Source: Eledone cirrhosa
Lineage: Eukaryota
DNA: 64,000 nucleotides
Assembly: GCA_964016885.1 (NCBI GenBank)
Contig: OZ024743.1
Location: 25,854,001-25,918,000, forward strand
Direction of reading: 5' to 3'
A program made the position numbers and the translations under genes. Shown here in pieces: positions 1-14,100 of the stretch. Under the pieces are notes generated by a model. The model saw nothing but the letters and a program-made list of their open reading frames with translations, did not search any database and was not told the DNA's origin. Each line of letters begins with the position of its first letter. Position 1 is the stretch's first letter.

Positions 1-3000
1 CTTATATCAGTTGACAATAATGTTGTTACTGGAATACACTTATATCAGTTGACAATACTGTTGTTACTGGAATACACTTATATCAGTTGATAATACTGTT
101 GTTACTAGAATACACTTATATCATTTGACAATACTGTTGTTACTGGAATACAAATATATCAGTTGACAATACAGTTGTTACTGGAATACACTTATATCAG
201 ATGACAATACTGTTGTTACTGGAATACACATATATCAGTTGATAATACTGTTGTTACTGGAATACACTTATATCAGTTGACAATATTGTTGTTACTGGAA
301 TACACTTATATCAGTTGACAATACTGTTGTTACTGGAATACACTTATTTCAGTTAACAATACTGTTGTTACTGGAATACACTGATATCAGTTGACAATAC
401 TGTTGTTACTGGAATAAAATTATATCAGTTGACAATACTGTTGTTACTGGAATACACATATATCAGTTGACAATACTGTTGTTACTGGAATACACTTATA
501 TCAGTTGATAATACTCTTGTTACTGGAATACACTTATATCTGTTGAAAATACTGTTGTTACTGGAATACACTTATATCAGTTGACAATACTGTTGTTACT
601 GGAATACACTTATATCAGTTGACAATACTGTTGTTACTGGAATACACTTATATCAGTTGATAATACTGTTGTTAATGGAATACACTTATATCTGTTGACA
701 ATACTGTTGTTACTGGAATAAAGTTATATCAGTTGACAATACTGTTGTTACTGGAATACACTTATATCAGTTGATAATACTGTTGTTACTGGAATACACT
801 TATATCAGTTGACAATACTGTTGTTACTGGAATACACTTATATCAGTTGACAATACTGTTGTTACTGGAATACACTTATATCAGTTGACAATACTGTTGT
901 TAATGGAATGCACTTATATCAGTTGACAATACTGTTGTTACTGGAATAAAGTTATATCAGTTGACAATAATGTTGTTACTGGAATACACTTATATCAGTT
1001 GACAATACTGTTGTTACTGGAATACACTTATATCAGTTGATAATACTGTTGTTACTAGAATACACCTATATCATTTGACACTACTGTTGTTACTGGAATA
1101 CAAATATATCAGTTGACAATACAGTTGTTACTGGAATACACTTATATCAGATGACAATACTGTTGTTACTGGAATACACTTATATCAGTTGATATTACTG
1201 TTGTTACTGGAATACACTTATTTCAGTTGACAATACTGTTGTTACTGGAATACACTTATATCAGTTGATAATACTGTTGTTACTGGAATACACTTATATC
1301 TGTTGACAATACTTTTGTTACTGGAATACACTTATATCAATTGAGAATACTGTTGTTACTGGAATACACTTATATCAGTTGACAATACTGTTGTTGCTGG
1401 AATACACTTATATCAGTTGATAATACTGTTGTTACTGGAATACACTTATATCAGTTGACAATACTGTTGTTACTGGAATACACTTATATCAGTTGACAAT
1501 ACTGTTGTTACTGGAATACACTTATATCAGTTGACAATACTGTTGTTACTGGAATACACATATATCAGTTGATAATACTGTTGTTACTGGAAAACACTTA
1601 TATCAGTTGACAATACTCTTGTTACTGGAATACACTTATATCAGTTGATAATACTCTTGTTACTGGAATACACTTATATCTGTTGACAATACTGTTGTTA
1701 CTGTAATACAGTTATATCAGTTGACAATACTGTTGTTACTGGAATACACTTATATCAGTTGACAATACTGTTGTTACTGGAATACACTTATATCAGTTGA
1801 TAATACTGTTGTTAATGGAATACACTTATATCTGTTGACAATACTGTTGTTACTGGAATAAAGTTATATCAGTTGACAATACTGTTGTTACTGGAATACA
1901 CTTATATCAGTTGATAATACTGTTGTTACTGGAATACACTTATATCAGTTGACACTGTTGTTACTGGAATACACTTATATCAGTTGACAATACTGTTGTT
2001 ACTGGAATACACTTATATCAGTTAACAATACTGTTGTTACTGGAATACACTTATATCAGTTGACAATACTGTTGTTACTGGAATACACTTATATCAGTTG
2101 ACAATACTTTGTTACTGGAATACACTTATGTCAGTTGACAATACTGTTGTTACTGGAATACACTTATATCAGTTGACAATACTGTTGTTAATGGAATGCA
2201 CTTATATCAGTTGACAATACTGTTGTTACTGGAATACACTTATATCAGTTGACAATAATGTTGTTACTGGAATACACTTATATCAGTTGACAATACTGTT
2301 GTTACTGGAATACACTTATATCAGTTGATAATACTGTTGTTACTAGAATACACTTATATCATTTGACAATACTGTTGTTACTGGAATACAAATATATCAG
2401 TTGACAATACAGTTGTTACTGGAATACACTTATATCAGATGACAATACTGTTGTTACTGGAATACACTTATATCAGTTGATATTACTGTTGTTACTGGAA
2501 TACACTTATTTCAGTTGACAATACTGTTGTTACTGCAATACACTTATATCAGTTGATAATACTGTTGTTACTGGAATACACTTAATCTGTTGACAATACT
2601 TTTGTTACTGGAATACACTTATATCAATTGAGAATTCTGTTGTTACTGGAATACACTTATATCAGTTGACAATACTGTTGTTGCTGGAATACACTTATAT
2701 CAGTTGATAATACTGTTGTTACTGGAATACACTTATATCAGTTGACAATACTGTTGTTACTGGAATACACTTATATCAGTTGACAATACTGTTGTTACTG
2801 GAATACACTTATATCAGTTGATAATATTGTTGTTACTGGAATACACTTATATCAGTTGATAATACTGTTGTTACTGGAATACACTTATATCAGTTGATAA
2901 TACTGTTGTTACTGGAATACACTTATATCAGTTGACAATACTGTTGTTACTGGAATACACTTATATCAGTTGACAGTACTGTTGTTACTGGAATACACTT

Positions 3001-6000
3001 ATATCAGTTAATAATACTGTTGTTACTGGAATACACTTATATCAGTTGACAATACTGTTGTTACTGGAATACACATATATCAGTTGACAATACTGTTGTT
3101 ACAGGAATACACTTATATCAGTTGATAATACTGTTGTTACTGGAATACACTTATATCAGTTGACAAAACTGTTGTTACTGGAATACACTTATATCAGTTG
3201 ACAACACTGTTGTTACTGGAATACACTTATATCAGTTGACAATACTGTTGTTAATGGAATGCACTTATATCAGTTGACAATACTGTTGTTACTGGAATAC
3301 ACTTATATCAGTTGACAATACTGTTGTTACTGGAATACACTTATATCAGTTGACAATACTGTTGTTACTGGAATACACTTATACCAGTTGATAATACTGT
3401 TGTTACTAGAATACACTTATATCATTTGACAATACTGTTGTTACTGGAATACACTTATTTCAGTTGACTATACTGTTGTTACTGGAAGACACTTATATCA
3501 GTTGATAATACTGTTGTTACTGGAATACACTTATATCAGTTGACAATACTGTTGTTACTGGAATACACTTATATCAGTTGACAATACTGTTGTTACAGGA
3601 ATACACTTATATCAGTTGATAATAATGTTGTTACTGGAATACACTTATATCAGTTGACAATACTGTTGTTACTGGAATACACTTATATCAGTTGACAATA
3701 CTGTTGTTACTGGAATACACTTATTTCAGTTAACAATACTGTTGTTACTGGAATACACTGATATCAGTTGACAATACTGTTGTTACTGGAATAGGCTTAT
3801 ATCAGTTGACAATACTGTTGTTACTGGAATACACATATATCAGTTGATAATACTGTTGTTACTGGAAAACACTTATATCAGTTGACAATACTGTTGTTAC
3901 TGGAATACACTTATATCAGTTGATAATACTCTTGTTACTGGAATACACTTATATCTGTTGACAATACTGTTGTTACTGGAATACACTTATATCAGTTGAC
4001 AATACTGTTGTTACTGGAATACACTTATATCTGTTGACAATACTGTTGTTACTGGAATACACTTATATCTGTTGACAAAACTGTTGTTACTGGAATACAG
4101 TTATATCAGTTGACAATACTGTTGTTACTGGAATACACTTATATCAGTTGACAATACTGTTGTTAATGGAATGCACTTATATCAGTTGACAATACTGTTG
4201 TTACTGGAATAAAGTTATATCAGTTGACAATAATGTTGTTACTGGAATACACTTATATCAGTTGACAATACTGTTGTTACTGGAATACACTTATATCAGT
4301 TGATAATACTGTTGTTACTAGAATACACCTATATCATTTGACACTACTGTTGTTACTGGAATACAAATATATCAGTTGACAATACAGTTGTTACTGGAAT
4401 ACACTTATATCAGATGACAATACTGTTGTTACTGGAATACACTTATATCAGTTGATATTACTGTTGTTACTGGAATACACTTATTTCAGTTGACAATACT
4501 GTTGTTACTGGAATACACTTATATCAGTTGATAATACTGTTGTTACTGGAATACACTTATATCTGTTGACAATACTTTTGTTACTGGAATACACTTATAT
4601 CAATTGAGAATACTGTTGTTACTGGAATACACTTATATCAGTTGACAATACTGTTGTTGCTGGAATACACTTATATCAGTTGATAATACTGTTGTTACTG
4701 GAATACACTTATATCAGTTGACAATACTGTTGTTACTGGAATACACTTATATCAGTTGACAATACTGTTGTTACTGGAATACACTTATATCAGTTGACAA
4801 TACTGTTGTTACTGGAATACACATATATCAGTTGATAATACTGTTGTTACTGGAAAACACTTATATCAGTTGACAATACTCTTGTTACTGGAATACACTT
4901 ATATCAGTTGATAATACTCTTGTTACTGGAATACACTTATATCTGTTGACAATACTGTTGTTACTGTAATACAGTTATATCAGTTGACAATACTGTTGTT
5001 ACTGGAATACACTTATATCAGTTGACAATACTGTTGTTACTGGAATACACTTATATCAGTTGATAATACTGTTGTTAATGGAATACACTTATATCTGTTG
5101 ACAATACTGTTGTTACTGGAATAAAGTTATATCAGTTGACAATACTGTTGTTACTGGAATACACTTATATCAGTTGATAATACTGTTGTTACTGGAATAC
5201 ACTTATATCAGTTGACACTGTTGTTACTGGAATACACTTATATCAGTTGACAATACTGTTGTTACTGGAATACACTTATATCAGTTAACAATACTGTTGT
5301 TACTGGAATACACTTATATCAGTTGACAATACTGTTGTTACTGGAATACACTTATATCAGTTGACAATACTTTGTTACTGGAATACACTTATGTCAGTTG
5401 ACAATACTGTTGTTACTGGAATACACTTATATCAGTTGACAATACTGTTGTTAATGGAATGCACTTATATCAGTTGACAATACTGTTGTTACTGGAATAC
5501 ACTTATATCAGTTGACAATAATGTTGTTACTGGAATACACTTATATCAGTTGACAATACTGTTGTTACTGGAATACACTTATATCAGTTGATAATACTGT
5601 TGTTACTAGAATACACTTATATCATTTGACAATACTGTTGTTACTGGAATACAAATATATCAGTTGACAATACAGTTGTTACTGGAATACACTTATATCA
5701 GATGACAATACTGTTGTTACTGGAATACACTTATATCAGTTGATATTACTGTTGTTACTGGAATACACTTATTTCAGTTGACAATACTGTTGTTACTGCA
5801 ATACACTTATATCAGTTGATAATACTGTTGTTACTGGAATACACTTAATCTGTTGACAATACTTTTGTTACTGGAATACACTTATATCAATTGAGAATTC
5901 TGTTGTTACTGGAATACACTTATATCAGTTGACAATACTGTTGTTGCTGGAATACACTTATATCAGTTGATAATACTGTTGTTACTGGAATACACTTATA

Positions 6001-7000
6001 TCAGTTGACAATACTGTTGTTACTGGAATACACTTATATCAGTTGACAATACTGTTGTTACTGGAATACACTTATATCAGTTGATAATATTGTTGTTACT
6101 GGAATACACTTATATCAGTTGATAATACTGTTGTTACTGGAATACACTTATATCAGTTGATAATACTGTTGTTACTGGAATACACTTATATCAGTTGACA
6201 ATACTGTTGTTACTGGAATACACTTATATCAGTTGACAGTACTGTTGTTACTGGAATACACTTATATCAGTTAATAATACTGTTGTTACTGGAATACACT
6301 TATATCAGTTGACAATACTGTTGTTACTGGAATACACATATATCAGTTGACAATACTGTTGTTACAGGAATACACTTATATCAGTTGATAATACTGTTGT
6401 TACTGGAATACACTTATATCAGTTGACAAAACTGTTGTTACTGGAATACACTTATATCAGTTGACAACACTGTTGTTACTGGAATACACTTATATCAGTT
6501 GACAATACTGTTGTTAATGGAATGCACTTATATCAGTTGACAATACTGTTGTTACTGGAATACACTTATATCAGTTGACAATACTGTTGTTACTGGAATA
6601 CACTTATATCAGTTGACAATACTGTTGTTACTGGAATACACTTATACCAGTTGATAATACTGTTGTTACTAGAATACACTTATATCATTTGACAATACTG
6701 TTGTTACTGGAATACACTTATTTCAGTTGACTATACTGTTGTTACTGGAAGACACTTATATCAGTTGATAATACTGTTGTTACTGGAATACACTTATATC
6801 AGTTGACAATACTGTTGTTACTGGAATACACTTATATCAGTTGACAATACTGTTGTTACAGGAATACACTTATATCAGTTGATAATAATGTTGTTACTGG
6901 AATACACTTATATCAGTTGACAATACTGTTGTTACTGGAATACACTTATATCAGTTGACAATACTGTTGTTACTGGAATACACTTATTTCAGTTAACAAT
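1..7000 (+). repeat. Left flank variant domain (haplotype A) of the satellite
   Basis: Diagnostic monomers: CAGATGAC (199, 1149, 2437, 4412, 5700), GGAATACAAATAT, GACAATACAGTTG, GATATTACTG, TCAATTGAGAAT, AATGGAATGCAC, ATACTTTGTTAC plus TTATGTCAG, and GGAAGACAC. Boundary approximate. Confidence 0.85.
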
Positions 7001-7398
7001 ACTGTTGTTACTGGAATACACTGATATCAGTTGACAATACTGTTGTTACTGGAATAGGCTTATATCAGTTGACAATACTGTTGTTACTGGAATACACATA
7101 TATCAGTTGATAATACTGTTGTTACTGGAAAACACTTATATCAGTTGACAATACTGTTGTTACTGGAATACACTTATATCAGTTGATAATACTCTTGTTA
7201 CTGGAATACACTTATATCTGTTGACAATACTGTTGTTACTGGAATACACTTATATCAGTTGACAATACTGTTGTTACTGGAATACACTTATATCTGTTGA
7301 CAATACTGTTGTTACTGGAATACACTTATATCTGTTGACAAAACTGTTGTTACTGGAATACAGTTATATCAGTTGACAATACTGTTGTTACTGGAATA
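870..7398 (+). repeat. Tandem duplication of an 86-monomer block (period 3,263 bp, 2 copies)
   Basis: Marker pairs all offset by 3,263: TAATGGAATGC 901/4164, GACACTG 3-bp deletion 1951/5214, CTTAATCTG 2581/5844. 86x38 minus 5 bp of deletions = 3,263. Confidence 0.93.
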
Positions 7399-10300
7399 CA
7401 CTCATATAAGTTGACAATACTGTTGTTACTGGAATACACTTATATCAGTTGACAATAATGTTGTTACTGGAATACACTTATATCAGTTGACAGTACTGTT
7501 GTTACTGGAATACACTTATATCAGTTAATAATACTGTTTTTACTGGAATACACTTATATCAGTTGACAATACTGTTGTTACTGGAATACACTTATATCAG
7601 TTGACAATACTGTTGTTACTGGAATACACTTATATCAGTTGACAATACTGTTGTTACTGGAATACACTTATATCAGTTGACAATACTGTTGTTACTGGAA
7701 TACACTTATATCAGTTGACAATACTGTTGTTACAGGAATACACTTATATCAGTTGACAATACTGTTGTTGGTGGAATACACTTATTTCAGTTGACAATAC
7801 TGTTGTTACTGGAATACACTTATATCAGTTGATAATACTGTTGTTACTGGAATACACTTATATCAGTTGATAATACTGTTGTTACTGGAATACACTTATA
7901 TCAGTTGACAATACTGTTGTTACTGGAATACACTTATATCAGTTGACAATACTGTTGTTACTGGAATACACTTATATCAGTTGATAATACTGTTGTTACT
8001 GGAATACACTTATATCAGTTGACAATACTGTTGTTACTGGAATACACTTATATCAGTTGACAATACTGTTGTTACTGGAATACACTTATATCAGTTGACA
8101 ATACTGTTGTTACTGGAATACACTTATATCAGTTGACAATACTCTTAATACTGGAATACACATATATCAGTTGACAATACTGCTGTTACTGGAATACACT
8201 TATATCAGTTGACAATACTGTTGTTACTGGAATACACTTATATCAGTTGACAATACTGTTGTTACTGGAATACACTTATATCAGTTGATAATACTGTTGT
8301 TACTGGAATACACTTATATCAGTTGACAATACTGTTGTTACTGGAATACACTTATATCAGTTGACAATACTGTTGTTACTGGACTCCACTTATATCAGTT
8401 GACAATACTGTTGTTACTGGAATACACTTATATCAGTTGACAATACTGTTGTTACTGGAATACACTTATATCAGTTGACAAAACTGTTGTTACTGGAATA
8501 CACTTATATCAGTTGATAATACTGTTGTTACTGGAATACACTTATTTCAGTTGACAATACTGTTGTTACTGGAATACACTTATATCAGTTGACAATACTG
8601 TTGTTACTGGAATACATTTATATTAGTTGACAATACTGTTGTTACTGGAATACACTTATATCAGTTGATAATACTATTGTTACTGGAATACACTTATATC
8701 AGTTGACAATACGGTTGTTACTGGAATACACTTATATCAGTTGACAATACTGTTGTCACTGGAATACACTTATTTCAGTTAACAATACTGTTGTTACTGG
8801 AATACACTGATATCAGTTGACAATACTGTTGTTACTGGAATACACATATATCAGTTGCTAATACTGTTGTTACTGGAAAACACTTATATCAGTTGACAAT
8901 ACTGTTGTTACTGGAATACACTTATATCTGTTGACAATACTGTTGTTACTGGAATACAGTTATATCAGTTGACAATACTGTTGTTACTGGAATACACTTA
9001 TATCAGTTGACAATACTGTTGTTACTGGAATACACTTATATCAGTTGATAATACTGTTGTTACTGGAATACACTGATATCAGTTGACAATACTGTTGTTA
9101 CTGGAATAGGCTTATATCAGTTGACAATACTGTTGTTACTGGAATACACATATATCAGTTGATAATACTGTTGTTACTGGAAAACACTTATATCAGTTGA
9201 CAATACTGTTGTTACTGGAATACACTTATATCAGTTGATAATACTCTTGTTACTGGAATACACTTATATCTGTTGACAATACTGTCGTTACTGGAATACA
9301 CTTATATCAGTTGACAATACTGTTGTTACTGGAATACACTTATATCTGTTGACAATACTGTTGTTACTGGAATACACTTATATCTGTTGACAAAACTGTT
9401 GTTACTGGAATACAGTTATATCAGTTGACAATACTGTTGTTACTGGAATACACTCATATAAGTTGACAATACTGTTGTTACTGGAATACACTTATATCAG
9501 TTGACAATAATGTTGTTACTGGAATACACTTATATCAGTTGACAGTACTGTTGTTACTGGAATACACTTATATCAGTTAATAATACTGTTTTTACTGGAA
9601 TACACTTATATCAGTTGACAATACTGTTGTTACTGGAATACACTTATATCAGTTGACAATACTGTTGTTACTGGAATACACTTATATCAGTTGACAATAC
9701 TGTTGTTACTGGAATACACTTATATCAGTTGACAATACTGTTGTTACTGGAATACACTTATATCAGTTGACAATACTGTTGTTACAGGAATACACTTATA
9801 TCAGTTGACAATACTGTTGTTGGTGGAATACACTTATTTCAGTTGACAATACTGTTGTTACTGGAATACACTTATATCAGTTGATAATACTGTTGTTACT
9901 GGAATACACTTATATCAGTTGATAATACTGTTGTTACTGGAATACACTTATATCAGTTGACAATACTGTTGTTACTGGAATACACTTATATCAGTTGACA
10001 ATACTGTTGTTACTGGAATACACTTATATCAGTTGATAATACTGTTGTTACTGGAATACACTTATATCAGTTGACAATACTGTTGTTACTGGAATACACT
10101 TATATCAGTTGACAATACTGTTGTTACTGGAATACACTTATATCAGTTGACAATACTGTTGTTACTGGAATACACTTATATCAGTTGACAATACTCTTAA
10201 TACTGGAATACACATATATCAGTTGACAATACTGCTGTTACTGGAATACACTTATATCAGTTGACAATACTGTTGTTACTGGAATACACTTATATCAGTT

Positions 10301-11123
10301 GACAATACTGTTGTTACTGGAATACACTTATATCAGTTGATAATACTGTTGTTACTGGAATACACTTATATCAGTTGACAATACTGTTGTTACTGGAATA
10401 CACTTATATCAGTTGACAATACTGTTGTTACTGGACTCCACTTATATCAGTTGACAATACTGTTGTTACTGGAATACACTTATATCAGTTGACAATACTG
10501 TTGTTACTGGAATACACTTATATCAGTTGACAAAACTGTTGTTACTGGAATACACTTATATCAGTTGATAATACTGTTGTTACTGGAATACACTTATTTC
10601 AGTTGACAATACTGTTGTTACTGGAATACACTTATATCAGTTGACAATACTGTTGTTACTGGAATACATTTATATTAGTTGACAATACTGTTGTTACTGG
10701 AATACACTTATATCAGTTGATAATACTATTGTTACTGGAATACACTTATATCAGTTGACAATACGGTTGTTACTGGAATACACTTATATCAGTTGACAAT
10801 ACTGTTGTCACTGGAATACACTTATTTCAGTTAACAATACTGTTGTTACTGGAATACACTGATATCAGTTGACAATACTGTTGTTACTGGAATACACATA
10901 TATCAGTTGCTAATACTGTTGTTACTGGAAAACACTTATATCAGTTGACAATACTGTTGTTACTGGAATACACTTATATCTGTTGACAATACTGTTGTTA
11001 CTGGAATACAGTTATATCAGTTGACAATACTGTTGTTACTGGAATACACTTATATCAGTTGACAATACTGTTGTTACTGGAATACACTTATATCAGTTGA
11101 TAATACTGTTGTTACTGGAATAC
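7020..11123 (+). repeat. Tandem duplication of a 54-monomer block (period 2,052 bp, 2 copies)
   Basis: CTGATATC 7021/9073, ACTCTTAATAC 8141/10193, GGACTCC 8381/10433. 54x38 = 2,052. Confidence 0.93.
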
Positions 11124-14100
11124 ACTTATATCAGTTGACAATACTGTTGTTACTGGAATATATTTATATCAGTTGACAATACTGTTGTTACTGGAATACA
11201 CTTATATCTGTTGACAATACTGTTGTTACTGGAATACACTTATATCTGTTGACAAAACTGTTGTTACTGGAATACAGTTATATCAGTTGACAATACTGTT
11301 GTTACTGGAATACACTCATATAAGTTGACAATACTGTTGTTACTGGAATACACTTATATCAGTTGACATGGATGTTGTTACTGGAATACACTTATATCAG
11401 TTGACAGTACTGTTGTTACTGGAATACACTTATATCAGTTAATAATACTGTTGTTACTGGAATACACTTATATCAGTTGACAATAATGTTGTTACTGGAA
11501 TACACTTATATCAGTTGACAATACTGTTGTTACTGGAATACACTTATATCAGTTGACAATACTGTTGTTACTGGAATACACTTATATCAGTTGACAATAC
11601 TGTTGTTAATGGAATACACTTATATCAGTTGACAATACTGTTGTTACTGGAATACACTTATATCAGTTGACAATACTGTTGTTACAGGAATACACTTATA
11701 TCAGTTGACAATACTGTTGTTGGTGGAGTACACTTATTTCAGTTGACAATACTGTTGTTACTGGAATACACTTATATCAGTTGATAATACTGTTGTTACT
11801 GGAATACACTTATATCAGTTGACAATACTGTTGTTACTGGAATACACTTATATCAGTTGACAATACTGTTGTTACTGGAATACACTTATATCAGTTGACA
11901 ATACTCTTATTACTGGAATACACTTATATCAGTTGACAATACTGTTGTTACTGGAATACACTTATATCAGTTGACAATACTGTTGTTACTGGAATACACT
12001 TATATCAGTTGACAATACTGTTGTTACTGGAATACACTTATATCAGTTGATAATACTGTTGTTACTGGAATACACTTATATCAGTTGACAATACTGTTGT
12101 TACTGGAATACACTTATATCAGTTGACAATACTGTTGTTACTGGACTCCACTTATATCAGTTGACAATACTGTTGTTACTGGAATACACTTATATCAGTT
12201 GAAAATACTGTTGTTACTGGAATACACTTATATCAGTTGACAATACTGTTGTTACTGGAATACACTTATATCAGTTGATAATACTGTTGTTACTGGAATA
12301 CACTTATTTCAGTTGACAATACTGTTGTTACTGGAATACACTTATATCAGTTGACAATACTGTTGTTACTGGAATACATTTATATCAGTTGACAATACTG
12401 TTGTTACTGGAATACACTTATATCAGTTGATAATACTGTTGTTACTGGAATACACTTATATCAGTTGACAATACTGTTGTTACTGGAATACACTTATATC
12501 AGTTGACATACTGTTGTTACTGGAATACACTTATTTCAGTTAACAATACTGTTGTTACTGGAATACACTGATATCAGTTGACAATACTGTTGTTACTGTA
12601 ATAGACTTATATCAGTTGACAATACTGTTGTTACTGGAATACACATATATCAGTTGATAATACTGTTGTTACTGGAAAACACTTATATCAGTTGACAATA
12701 CTGTTGTTACTGGAATACACTTATATCAGTTGATAATACTCTTGTTACTGGAATACACTTATATCTGTTGACAATACTGTTGTTACTGGAATACACTTAT
12801 ATCAGTTGATAATACTGTTGTTACTGGAATACACTTATATCAGTTGACAATACTGTTGTTACTGGAATACACTTATATCTGTTGACAATACTGTTGTTAC
12901 TGGAATACACTTATATCTGTTGACAAAACTGTTGTTACTGGAATACAGTTATATCAGTTGACAATACTGTTGTTACTGGAATACACTCATATAAGTTGAC
13001 AATACTGTTGTTACTGGAATACACTTATATCAGTTGACAATAATGTTGTTACTGGAATACACTTATATCAGTTGACAGTACTGTTGTTACTGGAATAAAC
13101 TTATATCAGTTGATAATACTGTTGTTACTGGAATACACTTATATCAGTTGACAATACTGTTGTTACTGGAATACACTTATATCAGTTGACAATACTGTTG
13201 TTACTGGAATACACTTATCTCAGTTGACAATACTGTTGTTACTGGAATACACTTATATCAGTTGACAATACTGTTGTTACTGGAATACACTTATATCAGT
13301 TGACAATACTGTTGTTACTGGAATACACTTATATCAGTTGACAATACTGTTGTTACAGGAATACACTTATATCAGTTGATAATACTGTTGTTACTGGAAT
13401 ACACTTATTTCAGTTGACAATACTGTTGTTACTGGAATACACTTATATCAGTTGACAATACTGTTGTTACTGGAATACATTTATATCAGTTGACAATACT
13501 GTTGTTACTGGAATACACTTATATCAGTTGATAATACTATTGTTACTGGAATACACTTATATCAGTTGACAAAACTGTTGTTACTGGAATACAGTTATAT
13601 CAGTTGACAATACTGTTGTTACTGGAATACACTGATATCAGTTGACAATACTGTTGTTACTGTAATAGACTTATATCAGTTGACAATACTGTTGTTACTG
13701 GAATACACATATATCAGTTGATAATACTGTTGTTACTGGAAAACACTTATATCAGTTGACAATACTGTTGTTACTGGAATACACTTATATCAGTTGATAA
13801 TACTCTTGTTACTGGAATACACTTATATCTGTTGACAATACTGTTGTTACTGGAATACACTTATATCAGTTGATAATACTGTTGTTACTGGAATACACTT
13901 ATATCAGTTGACAATACTGTTGTTACTGGAATACACTCATATAAGTTGACAATACTGTTGTTACTGGAATACACTTATATCAGTTGACAATACTGTTGTT
14001 ACTGGAATACACTTATATCAGTTGACAAAACTGTTGTTACTGGAATACACTTATATCAGTTGATAATACTGTTGTTACTGGAATACACTTATTTCAGTTG

